A model generated the notes under the pieces. That model did not search any database. It worked only from the letters and a program-made list of their open reading frames with translations, and had not been told where the DNA came from. A stretch of 64,000 bases of DNA, taken from assembly GCA_023920165.1 (NCBI GenBank), contig CP089277.1, forward strand, positions 4,278,001 to 4,342,000, read 5' to 3'. Both the position numbers and the translations under genes were made by a program. This document shows, piece after piece, positions 11,749 through 22,288 of the stretch; position 1 is the first letter of the stretch, and each line of letters opens with the position of its first letter. This DNA is from Curvularia clavata. Taxonomy: Eukaryota.

Positions 11749-13586
11749 AATAGATGGATAAGGCGAAGGAAAGCAGGCAGAGTGAGAGAGGCTATCATAA
11801 AGAAGACACGCAACTGCCAGGCAGGACACTGACTGCGTGTGCAGGATCGGGAGCGTAAAGCAGGAGACAAAGCTTAGGGCATCGATCGCGGAGCGTTGGT
11901 CTGTGCTGACTATGAATTCTCCGGCCACCACCGCCGCCACCCTACCATAAAGGCAGGCATACATGCACGCATAAAGACAAGAAGAATGAGAGGGAGGCGA
12001 TCAGTTATCGTAGCGTGTTTAATGGGCCTGAGAACGGGTCTAATATCCAATGAGAAAAGATGATAAGTCGGCCTCACCATTGTGGTTGACTCTCCAGTAC
12101 TGATAGTACGTACATAGTAAGCTTACCTGTGAACTGAGGCGCCTCGCCATTGTTTATCTTGCTCCATCCCTCCATTGCCTCTTTCCCTTTCCCTTTCCCT
12201 GCGCGCCTCTCAAGTTTCGGCTCTTGGCCAGCTCGCCTACAGGGAAGTGCTGTGTCTTCTTTCTTGAACTACCTCTCCCGACAGACAGGCAAATTGAACG
12301 TCTTGAGAATGGTTCAGCTGCATACCATCTTTGCTTACTGCTGGGAAGTGTGAGAGAGAAATGCGCTTCCTTTTCTGCCGGAGACCGGCTAAGCCCATGG
12401 GGGTGTCTTTCATAACATACGCTACAGCGACGGCCTGCGATGATCGGCCGCGGGTGCGCAGACGCAGGCAGAAGCTGAAGCAAGCTCAGGTCGTGCTTGT
12501 TCATCCGCCGCTGCTGCAAAGCATCAATGTCATGTGTCGACTTTGAGAAGTTACTGTTCTCATGATACGACTTACGCAGAGGACACTCAAGCTTGGTAGT
12601 GTAGGCTGAAACCTTTTTATATTAATTAAGAATATGATCGCATAATCTTCGATGCTGATCCGCAACACCTAATTAAACAGCAATAACTCACTGTTGACCC
12701 TGACGATGTACTGCAGCCTACCCGGAACCAATAAGGGGGCCCACTTTGACAACTTGGAACGAGCCGACGACGCTGGAAGGAGTGGGAGAAATAGGAAGCT
12801 CGACACTTCTCCTTGCCATATCAGATTGAATCATGACCGCTTCGTGACGACCCGGTGCGGTGATCCATCAACGCTCTGAGCGAACTTGCAAGCGAGACAA
12901 CTCGGCTCAGGAGCTACCCTGTCCAACTGCTCGAGAAGAAATGAGACCAGGCAAATGTTTTGGAATGGCAGGATCTAATTACGCCGACCCTGGAAATACA
13001 GAAGAGTCAAGGCAACGTCTGAAACATCATTCGCTCCACCAATATCCAACCACACTACTAACGTGTCAAATCACTCTACCAGCACCTGAATGATAATACA
13101 AACATAACGATACGTCCCAAGATAGCAAATTCCAAGTCAAGTGACTGATGAAAAAGAGAAACGTCTAAAATCTGAGGCAAAAATGGACGCACACGCTCGT
13201 CAGACAGCGCCAGTGCTCGCCCCGAATGTCGTAGGGTGGTGGACAGACGCCGTACTTCCAAACATAAATTCTATGAGCCACGACTTTTCTCCTTTTTACG
13301 TCTCTTCTCAAAGATTTTCTGATATAAGCCATGAATATGGCAAGTCTTATTCTTTCATCACTATATTGATCTACCCATCGCCGGAGCGTCACGGAAGTAG
13401 GAACCGGGTTCATGTACAAGGGGTGTTACAACAGCACGGCAAAAACGCACATTGCCGTCTCATGTATCAGTTGTATATCTGTGCGTCTGAGTGCCACGTC
13501 TGTGGTTGTATGCATACACGTTTTTTTGAATAGTAAAGCTCCTCTGTTCATGCGATGGAAGCCTATGATGTACTCCTGTTCTCCTC

Positions 13587-14945
13587 TTAGTCAAAGCACA
13601 TTGTCTTGATCATGGCGAGTACAGCGTCTCGACGGGCGTCTTGGTTGAGTGCGTTGGACCTCGACAGCAGAGTGGTGAGGAGGGCACTTAGGTTGGGGAG
13701 CTGTTTGCCTGGTCATTGTTTTGAAATGCAAGTCACGACACGCGAGGTAAACGTACACTGTCCTGGAGTCTCCGCCTCTCTTCCACGTCCTGCCTCAGTC
13801 TAGACTGCTCGTCCAGGAGGCCGCCCATGACGATTTTGTCGTCCGTTGAGTTCATTGAGCGCTGTGTAATGTACGAATCTAGCTCGGAGAGAAAGATGTC
13901 TTCGGCACCTTGGGTAACCTGCTCTTGCAACCCGCGTCGCTCCCACTCCGACCAGTCTTTGGCCGCATTGTGCAGTGTGCTCAACAGCCGCGACAGTCGC
14001 CGATTGCGGCTCAGTCGCTGCTCTTGGAACGATGGGCTGGTGCATTCAAGCTTTTGTGTATAGTGCGCCTCGATGACGTCATCGAGAGAGCCGAAGCCCA
14101 TGGCGAAGGCTTGGTCCCTCATGTAGCGCACACGATCTTGGAGCGGAGCATTTGCATCTATGCCCCATTGAACGTTTGCATGTGACATGGAGGCAGAATA
14201 ATTGGATAAACGTAGGAGAGATTCTTCATGCGGCCGCGGCCAATCACTGCTGTCAGGCGTGCAGAAAGCGTCCATGTCTAACTCCGCTGGGACGACAGAA
14301 GTAAAACACAATGGTGCAGTAGCTAGACTAACTTGCGATTCGGGCGTCATGTTCTCATTACAGGGCGACTTGTTTAGCGGGAAGGCCGCGCCTAAGGTGT
14401 TGGAATGAACAGACGCAGCTTGGCGCATGGTTTCCAGGTCATGTGGAGGACAACCATTACCAACGGAAGGTGATGGCGCTGATAAACTAAGCAAAGAACG
14501 TAACTAGCAACAGCATTTTGTACTTACTCATCAGGAAATCAAACGCCATGGCCTGGTCATCTTGCACTGCTGGCACCAAGCACATGGAATCTGCCAAGCT
14601 GGTTGCCGCAACCGACACCGGCGTGGAGGTGGATGTTTGGACCCTGGCAGGTTCCCCAACTTGCTTCTCAGGCTCTTTCAATCTTTCCCGTAGCACTTCC
14701 AGCTTTGTTTTTAAACGGCGATCTGTTGAAAACCCGATCAGTTGCTGTGTCCAGTCCCACCTAGCGCTGTGCTGATGAGGCTTTAGCTATGGGATGTACA
14801 TACGATGTGTTCTCTGGGCGACACGATTATGTACCGTCTTCTCGCTCGCGTTGGGACACTTGGTGCTGTCGGCTATAGGACGATTGTGTCCAGCCGAAGG
14901 ACGCTCCTCATTGTCCGGGACGGCTATAGTCTCGACAGAGGTCAT
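13587..14945 (-). CDS. kk1F: Cluster-specific bZIP-type transcription factor; 4 exons (14945-14804, 14722-14528, 14478-13757, 13700-13587), ~390 aa
   Basis: The spliced basic region and zipper read HNRVAQRTHHRRLKTKLEVLRERLKE. The C-terminal region GFGSLDDVIEAHYT...SRNRRLSRLL...WSEWERRG is typical of fungal secondary-metabolite cluster bZIPs. Introns are GT-AG. Confidence 0.8.
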
Positions 14946-15669
14946 GGAGAAAGAAACAGAGCTATCTACGTACACTTTTCGGATAAGAATACAAACTATG
15001 TAGCGACAGTCAAAGATATTTGATGGAGCGATTGAGCCTAAGATATGCCAGGAGGGAACGTCATTCCCTGAGAACATCCAGCTCACTGGGGGCCTGAAGA
15101 GGTTTGTTAGACATAGCAGGCGGTAGATGCAACACGGGGCTAAAAGACATGAGTGGCGAACCAGGGTCTGTATCTGGAAGCCATGAGGCGCTTTCGGCGC
15201 TTTCGACCTGAGCAGTGGGCCAGCGCACTCCATGGTCAAATGCAGTTGCATCCCGCGACGCGTATGAACGCAGCTGGACCCTTGCTGGCAGATCGGCGTT
15301 GCTGCCTGTACGGGTGAAGCGAGGAACAGGATTCCTATGTGGTTGCACAGCTGTATGGCTTTGTTCCTGCATTGCACTCTTCTCGCCAGGCACATCAGCC
15401 GGAGTTGGTGTTGCTAACTGTAAGAGTGAAGCCGCAATATCAAATAGGTATTGACTGTGCCTACGTGCCAGGACATCAGTGGCGTCTGACCCGACCGGGG
15501 CTGTAAAGGCAGATCCGGCGGAAGATTGCATTCCCGCGCGGAGGAGCTTGCTCTGCGCGCGCATGCACCGGCTGGCCTAATCCAGCAGGGGAGATACCTA
15601 TTAGGGCAAGGGTTGGTGCACCACCGAAAACGAGCCCCTTTGTATTGTGTCTGTGCGCGTGGTGCGCGG

Positions 15670-16190
15670 ATTTGCATAACGCGCACCCCCACCTATTTGC
15701 TCCACACGGAACCCAGACGCTCCAACCACTTGATGTGATGCTGTTCAAACCTCTATCCACAGCATACTCAAATGAGCTCACAACATTCCTCCACGAGTCC
15801 CAAATTACGTCAGGGATCAATAAGAAGGATTTCTTCCGCCTATTCTGAAAGGCGTGGGTGAATACCTCCACTGAAAAGCTCATACTCAAGCCCTTTGATG
15901 CAACGGATATCTCACCCCTCCAACCCAACATTATCCTTGGCCGCTTCAGAGAAACAACCTCTGGTAGTTCAGTGGAAGTGAGACCTCTACTTCGGTGTGC
16001 AGCCACGAAAATTGGCTCAAAATAGCGACTCTGTTGGTTGTCAAAGAAGGGAGTGGTGACCAGCAGTTGCGAATAGAGGAGATCAGAAAGAAAACTCATC
16101 TTGCTATCTATACTTCCAGTGAAGATTGGAGGGCGACTGTTGAGCCTTATTGTAGGCAGAACTTGGAGATTTTACGTGAATGCTTCTAGA
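15670..16190 (+). mobile_element. pogo/Fot1-type (Tc1/mariner superfamily, DDE_1) transposase remnant
   Basis: LFAPHGTQTLQPLDVMLFKPLSTAY...KKDFFRLF*KAW...FDATDISPLQP resembles the Fot1 PHxTxxLQPLDV motif. In-frame TGA at 15846-15848. Confidence 0.8.
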
Positions 16191-16342
16191 GTTAAAAATG
16201 TTTACGGATTCTTTAGAGCCTAAGACCACTTCCAGAAGCCTTACTAATATCTAATTAAAGTTTTACAAGTTCCATATGAGGCTGATCGTGCAGTTATAAG
16301 CGAGTACGCGAGCATTAGGAACTTCCGCTGGAAAGAGCGCCT

Positions 16343-16697
16343 TGTTACAAGTAACAAGAAGGATTCTCTCCTTGACGCAAGGTGACGAGGTTGGAGGCCA
16401 ACCACGACCACGTCAGAAGGTAATGGCTGTCGCGGGGCTTGGAGTCACGTGACGTGCCATCCCGCCAAGACAAGACATCCCGCCAAGCTTGGGATGGCGA
16501 TATCTTCTCTTATACAGATTGATACTTAGTTATTCTATCTTCCAATAGAATTGGTTTGTCTATCTTTGGTTATATCCATATTCCATCCGAATCGCCAGAC
16601 AACTACCTCACGGTATACTTCGCAGATACTGCCTTCGCCCTAACCCGGACAGAGGCTAGGTAAGTATATTCCCGCTAACGTAGGACCCCGTGTAACA
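16343..16697. mobile_element. Solo LTR (355 bp) with perfect 5-bp target-site duplication
   Basis: Begins TGTTACA and ends TGTAACA, flanked on both sides by CGCCT (16338-16342 and 16698-16702). Confidence 0.8.
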
Positions 16698-17789
16698 CGC
16701 CTGCAGCCATGCGATTCCATAATCTGCTATCCACAACTGCTCCTTGTGTCTATCCTAGACAAACATCACTTAAAGTCACACAAGAAGCTTATTTCTTAGC
16801 TAATTAGCTCGTTATAATCTCCAGTTCCTTCAATACATATAAAGGCTTCTTGGAAACTATAGAGTTCGGACATGATATGCGCGCACTACCAGCTTGTCAT
16901 GCATATATTTAGCTTTGCATTGCTAGATTTACTGTTCCGAACTTAGGCCCCTGCATTTCGGGCTTCGGGGTTTAATTCTATAATCCTAGCCTATATTGCA
17001 CTGCGATATCTAAATTATGTAAAAGCATCCGCCAAGTAGGAGTACGCAGATCTAGACTATGAATAGACCTATAGTCCCTTGTATTCGCCTCCTAACTTGA
17101 CTAGTATTTTTTTTAATGCAACGTCGTGTGACGGGAGGATTACTCCCTATGAGGGACATTGCGTCGCCCTTTCGAGATCAGCGCCACTAGCAAATTTACG
17201 GACTTAACTCGGACGAGTGCCAAGCATAGAGTATGTGGCATGACGCCTTTAGTTATGCGAACCAACCAATAAAGGACCCTAACCCATGTGTACCACTAAA
17301 AACATTAGTGGGACGTTGAGTATTGGATGCATAATTTATTTGCATCATGAAGGAGCACTAATGATCTTGTAATGGGCGGGCCCTCGGGGGCCTAGCATGC
17401 AGCTACTCATGCCAACCATTTAGCCAAAAAGGCTGTAACAAGACTACAAGCTTGTCTTGAAGTCAAGGTAGTTGCGTACATGTACTCGATCTGCTTGGCA
17501 AAGCCAAGCCACACACATATGGGCGTAGCCCCTTACAGATCTTACTACAGGGGAGAACTGCATGACAGTTGTGGGGGCTACATTATAATTAATTAAATAG
17601 ATTGCATCTTATGATACCCGCGCTTTTAAGCCCGCGGAAGCCCCTGAGCCGCTCTACGATTGGTTGAGTCAGAAAAAACCCACTGCTCTATGGCAGTTCT
17701 CTGCAATACTAGTAGTGTAACGGTCTGGAGCACTCGTAAAGACATGGGCCATTCTCACTACTCACAAGCGAAGTCCAACTCAGTCATAC

Positions 17790-17945
17790 GAGACCAGAGT
17801 CGGACAGGATCCAAACATGGGTCGGACAAGGCCCCGACTAGAGTTGAACAAGATCCAGACATCAATATGACGTGGTCCCGACCCAAGTCGGACCAAACCC
17901 AGACAAGAGCCAGACCCGATTCGGACCCGACCCAGTCGGGTTAGT
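17790..17945. repeat. Cluster of short CCGAC/GTCGG(AC) direct and inverted motifs, possibly the subterminal repeats of a DNA transposon
   Basis: Repeated gtcggac, cccgac and gacccga units in about 150 bp. Similar motifs recur at ~18800-18820, beyond the second solo LTR. Confidence 0.45.
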
Positions 17946-17953
17946 CAGCCACC

Positions 17954-18646
17954 TGTTACAAGTAACAGATAAAAGGATTCTCTCCCCTGTTGATGGCGAG
18001 TGGTTGAGGGAAACCACTCGGGATCATGTCAGCGGCAATGATCCACGTGGGGCTGGGTCACGTGATTGCCATCCCGCCAAGACGAACCATCCGTGGGATG
18101 GCAGGACGCCTTGACAGGGCAGCTATCACAACCATCATTGACATCCTTAGGATGTAAGGGATGGAAAGGATGGCAGGATGGAACACGACGGGTATAAGAA
18201 TGGGTTAGATTTCGTTATTACACTCGTTGTGATCAACTCTTCATTGTACTTTCTTACAAGCTCTTTACTTAACAAGATTGATACTTTGTCATTTATTGCA
18301 CGCGTGGGTGCGATCAAATCGATCTGTATTGTGTCTGCTATCTACCATCTTCATTTATGTGTGGTGTATAGCTATTGCTTTTTCTTGTTGAGGCAGTGCA
18401 TCCTTGCTGTCGTCACAGTGGCTTGTTGCTTCAGCTCAGCTGAAGTCATTGCTTCTGCAGCCTTGCCCCGACTGCGACATCATTCTATCGCAATATAGGA
18501 TTAATTTTCTTTACCTTGGTTACTAGTATCCTATATACCTCGTTTACACTAGGACTTCCTGACAATCTCGCGGATTATCGCTTACATGCTGACTCACCTT
18601 AACCCGGACTGAGCAATAGAGAAGTATAGCCAAACCCCGTGTAACA
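17954..18646. mobile_element. Second solo LTR (693 bp) related to 16343-16697
   Basis: TGTTACAAGTAACA...CCCCGTGTAACA ends. Shares aaggattctctcc, gtcacgtga, gccatcccgccaagac and taacccggac blocks with the first copy. Flanks CCACC/CCATC are a target-site duplication with one C-to-T change. Confidence 0.72.
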
Positions 18647-20649
18647 CCATCCTGGCATGGGCTGATATAAAACGGCTAAGTCACACTGTAGTAAATAGGC
18701 AGATTTTTGATATTCTTCCGTACAAGGCCTATAGGTGGCAGTTCGGAATCTAAGGCCTTTTGTGATCACACGCACTCCCATATGCCTCTGAGTGATCCTA
18801 CGTCCGATACAGATCCGACTGGTCTTGCCTGCGCCGTTACAAGTAGATCCTTATGCTACATATTCGTTTAGCTAACTATTAAATTGCGAGCATAACCTTC
18901 TAACTCCTAAGAACAGTCAACAATACTACTCTAATAGCTACATTGTCTATAGCCCTAATATATTCTCAGTATGCCAAGTATTAGACAGATAGACTTCAGG
19001 CGAAGCGGCGAGATTTGATCTCCTAAGCCAGCTGTAACGGGCTAGTGCCCTTGGGTCTTATTCCTCGATGGGATCTCGGGTCGTCTCACAGAATTCGGGT
19101 GCTCAGTAGCACCCGGATTCTGCCCACATTGTCTGAACAGCGCTCAGACGCCGGACCTAGTCGGCCCGATTGTTGCTCAGGCAACTAGTATTGTATATAG
19201 ATAGTCATGCAGTCTAGGAGCTTAGCTCCCTATCGAATTCAATCTCTTGTATACCAAAGCGATTGCTCTACGGAGCGTAGCCCCTTACACGAGCATGAAT
19301 ATACACTATTAGCGCGAGGTGTGAGGTTTAAGAATGTCATATACAATAGTTTAGAGAGCTCCTGCTTAATTCAAGTGCGTAATCACGATTAGTCTCACGT
19401 TTGGATAGAGGTAGAGTAGTTAATTACTTTTAGTATCTTCGTATAACATATTTACTATAACCCGAAAGAAGCAGTCAAGCTATGTTTGCCCTAGGCTCCA
19501 ATAGTTCATTTGCAGGACATAGTCCATTATCCACTCCAAATTTCGTAAAAGGATCCTCAGTTATCATTCCACCTCTCAAGTGGTGGATTGTTACAAGGGG
19601 TTGGGCTATACTTCTCTAGTCTCGATCCAGGTGTTAAGAGTGGGATCTTGAGTGGAAGTAATATAAGACTTCTGGTGTCAAGACTCTTGGGTTGGTTTTC
19701 GCGGATGAAGTAACAGGGTGCAATGAACAGTAACTAGCAAGTAGAATGTCTGTATTGTACTTGTACCCAAAACTTAAGTTGAATACGTCGAGCCATAAGG
19801 GCTCAATGCCTGATGCTATATACTGAGGCTTCATACGAGATGCTCTATTGCTCTGTTGCGCCAAGCTGTACAGATCACAGAGAAAGTCACGTAATTCGTG
19901 TGGCATGGTAGAAGGATTGTGGCGCAGCGTCTTAGGCCACGATCCTCCAAACTGCTTATTGGTCTATGCGTGTAAGCGTTTGCAAGGATCGTAGCATAGT
20001 TTTGCAGGGTCCGGGTGCTCGGGTCACACCCGGATTTTCTCCGTAGCCAATCAGAAGTGTGTGCGCTAACCGCCTCGGCCAGCGTCGTGACAGCACGCCC
20101 CTCTCCAGGGCGGAGCTCCGCCGATGCGCTTATCTAGGTTTATTAGCGTAACGGCGGTGGAAGTTATAATCTCCTAGGCATTCTCTGGGTAGTTAGCAGG
20201 TACCTTAGTAGGGTCTCCATAACCTAACTATTTCACTAGGTATTTTAGTCGCACCCGTCGGGAATAACCAAAAGCTGTACTTTTAGGCTAAAATAGCCTG
20301 TGATACACCAATGTATGCCTAAGGGCCTGTTCGATTCAGCAATATGTTGGAGGCCTATCGCCCACTCAGGCAGGTGATCAGCAGGCATATATGACCGATA
20401 TGAGAATGATCGTCGCGTTCGGTAGCTAGCAGAATTTTGATGGATGCCGAGCTCCGAGGTACTGCTAACAAAATAAGTAACATGCTTCATAGTGCAGCGA
20501 CGGCGCCGGGAGCGGCGCGGCTTTCTCAGTTCAGCGATATACTGGGAACTCTGATGGAGAGCAGGACTTCCAGCATCTCGACCCGTACCGAGCTATCGCG
20601 GCGCTGCGCCTATCTTGATACCCCGCCCTGAGTTGACGTTGTTGTAACC

Positions 20650-21990
20650 ATCGCCATGAATGAAGAAGAGGAGAATGGCGAGCGCCTAAGCTCTCTGATC
20701 CTTGACACCGGGGTGGTCACGGCCGCAGCTGTGATGGCTGAGGTCCGCGAACAGCAGCGAGCTGATAACACAGGCTTGCGCGCGAACGATGATGACTGGG
20801 TGCACGGTAGGCAGTGGTGAGCTGCCTCAACGACCCAGACCAGCTGTACTGCGATAGTCGGCTTCGCACACCTACCTTTGAAGCGCTGGTGAGGTGGCTC
20901 AAGGATCATGGATTTACGGGTGGCAGGCTCGTGAGCGCGGAGGAGAAGGTGTTGGTCTTTTTGTATATCTGCGGGTAGAGTAGCGGTTACCGAAATGCAA
21001 AATATCGCTCAGAACATTCACTGGCGACTATCAGTCAGTAAGCTTGCTGTCTATCCTCGCAGTTGGTAGGGGTTTGCTTACAAAACGAAAGACTTTCCAC
21101 CAGGTGCTAGACCTGCTACCTGATTTTGGTGTCGAGGTTATCAGAAAATCAGCAGAGACACCGCCAGCGATCACCCGGGACCCCTACCCGCAGTCCATTC
21201 GCGAACTGCGTAGGCGCTCTTGACGGCACTCATCTGCCAACTCACCGTATCGCAATAGGCATTGCAGCATGAGCATGAATGTGTAAGCGGCGGTAGGTCT
21301 CAGGATGCGATTCACCTACGTTCCAGCAGGCTGGGAGGGCTCTGCTCATGACGGCAGGGTGATGAACGACCGACGCGCAGTATCGCGGCCTCAAGCCACC
21401 ACCGAGATGCTATTACCTTGCTGACGCTGGTTACAGGGACACATCTTCCATGCGGCTCACGGCTTATCACGGCGTCCGGTACCGTCTCCAGGCGGTGAGG
21501 CAAGCAGGCAGGAGGCCTAAGGATAAGTTTGAGCTCTTCAACTCCAGGCACAGCTCGCGGAGGATGGTGGTGGAGCGTACATTCGGCGTCTCCAAGCGAC
21601 GCTGGGGGAATCTATGATCGCGCGCCTGCATTCGACCTTCGAACGCAGGTAAAGCTGGTGTACGCGCTCGCCGCGGCGCACAAATTCGTCGCCGTTGCGG
21701 AGGACGTTGATGGAGATCACGACTTCGAGGATCTTGAGCCAGCTCCCGGTAAAGCTGGAGATGCTACTTCGGCTCGCAAGGAATCCGTAGAGGTGGGAGA
21801 AGCGGGAGGAAGGGCAGACGAGCCGCTGCTCGATACGGCGGTGGCGGAGGAGATAGCATCGAGCATGGAGCTGGGGCGTGATGGTACCGCTGAAGAGCTC
21901 TGGCGTGCGCACCAGACATATAATCGAGCAACTTTCTGTTGGCTTTACCTCACCTACCTATCGATTGATGGTTTCCAGCGCCTCGCGTAG
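20650..21990 (+). mobile_element. PIF/Harbinger (DDE_Tnp_4) transposase pseudogene
   Basis: Motifs lie in order across shifting frames: VSAEEKVLVFLYI (~20930), FANCVGALDGTH (21198), AGWEGSAHD (~21326), YYLADAGY (21411), ELFNSRHSSRRMVVERTFG..KRRW (21531). Frameshifts and stops are present. A possible left end TAA-GGGCCTGTTCGATT lies at 20320-20336. Confidence 0.85.
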
Positions 21991-22288
21991 ATGCGGCTAG
22001 CCCTAGTCGGGTAAGACCTGTGAATGTTCCTCTGTAACTACCATGAACCAGCTCGACAGCTGCACCACCAAAATCGACAGGAAATAGGTGCGCGTATGGA
22101 AACAGGCTGAAATAGGTAGGTTAACCCTATCGCCAGCGAGTGCAATCAAAAAGATTGGTCTAGTTCCATGGACATTTGAACGTTTCCCATTTATCTATGT
22201 ACCCATCCGTGCAGTCCACTAGCGCTGCCAACACTTCGCACATTGCCTCCAGTAACAAACTATCGTGAAATATCTAGATAGATGCAAG

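Noticed and set aside
12150..13560. Short ORFs between the ABC transporter and the bZIP gene
   Set aside because: No domain motifs or consistent exon structure; possibly a decayed gene fragment.
15061..15564. 167-aa minus-strand ORF upstream of the bZIP gene
   Set aside because: No recognisable motif. It could be a small gene or upstream ORF, but the sequence alone does not support it.
17790..17945. CRISPR-like array
   Set aside because: Eukaryotic context, with irregular 5-7-bp motifs and no constant repeat-spacer periodicity.
16343..18646. A single small LTR retroelement bounded by the two LTR copies
   Set aside because: Each copy has its own distinct target-site duplication and they differ in length.
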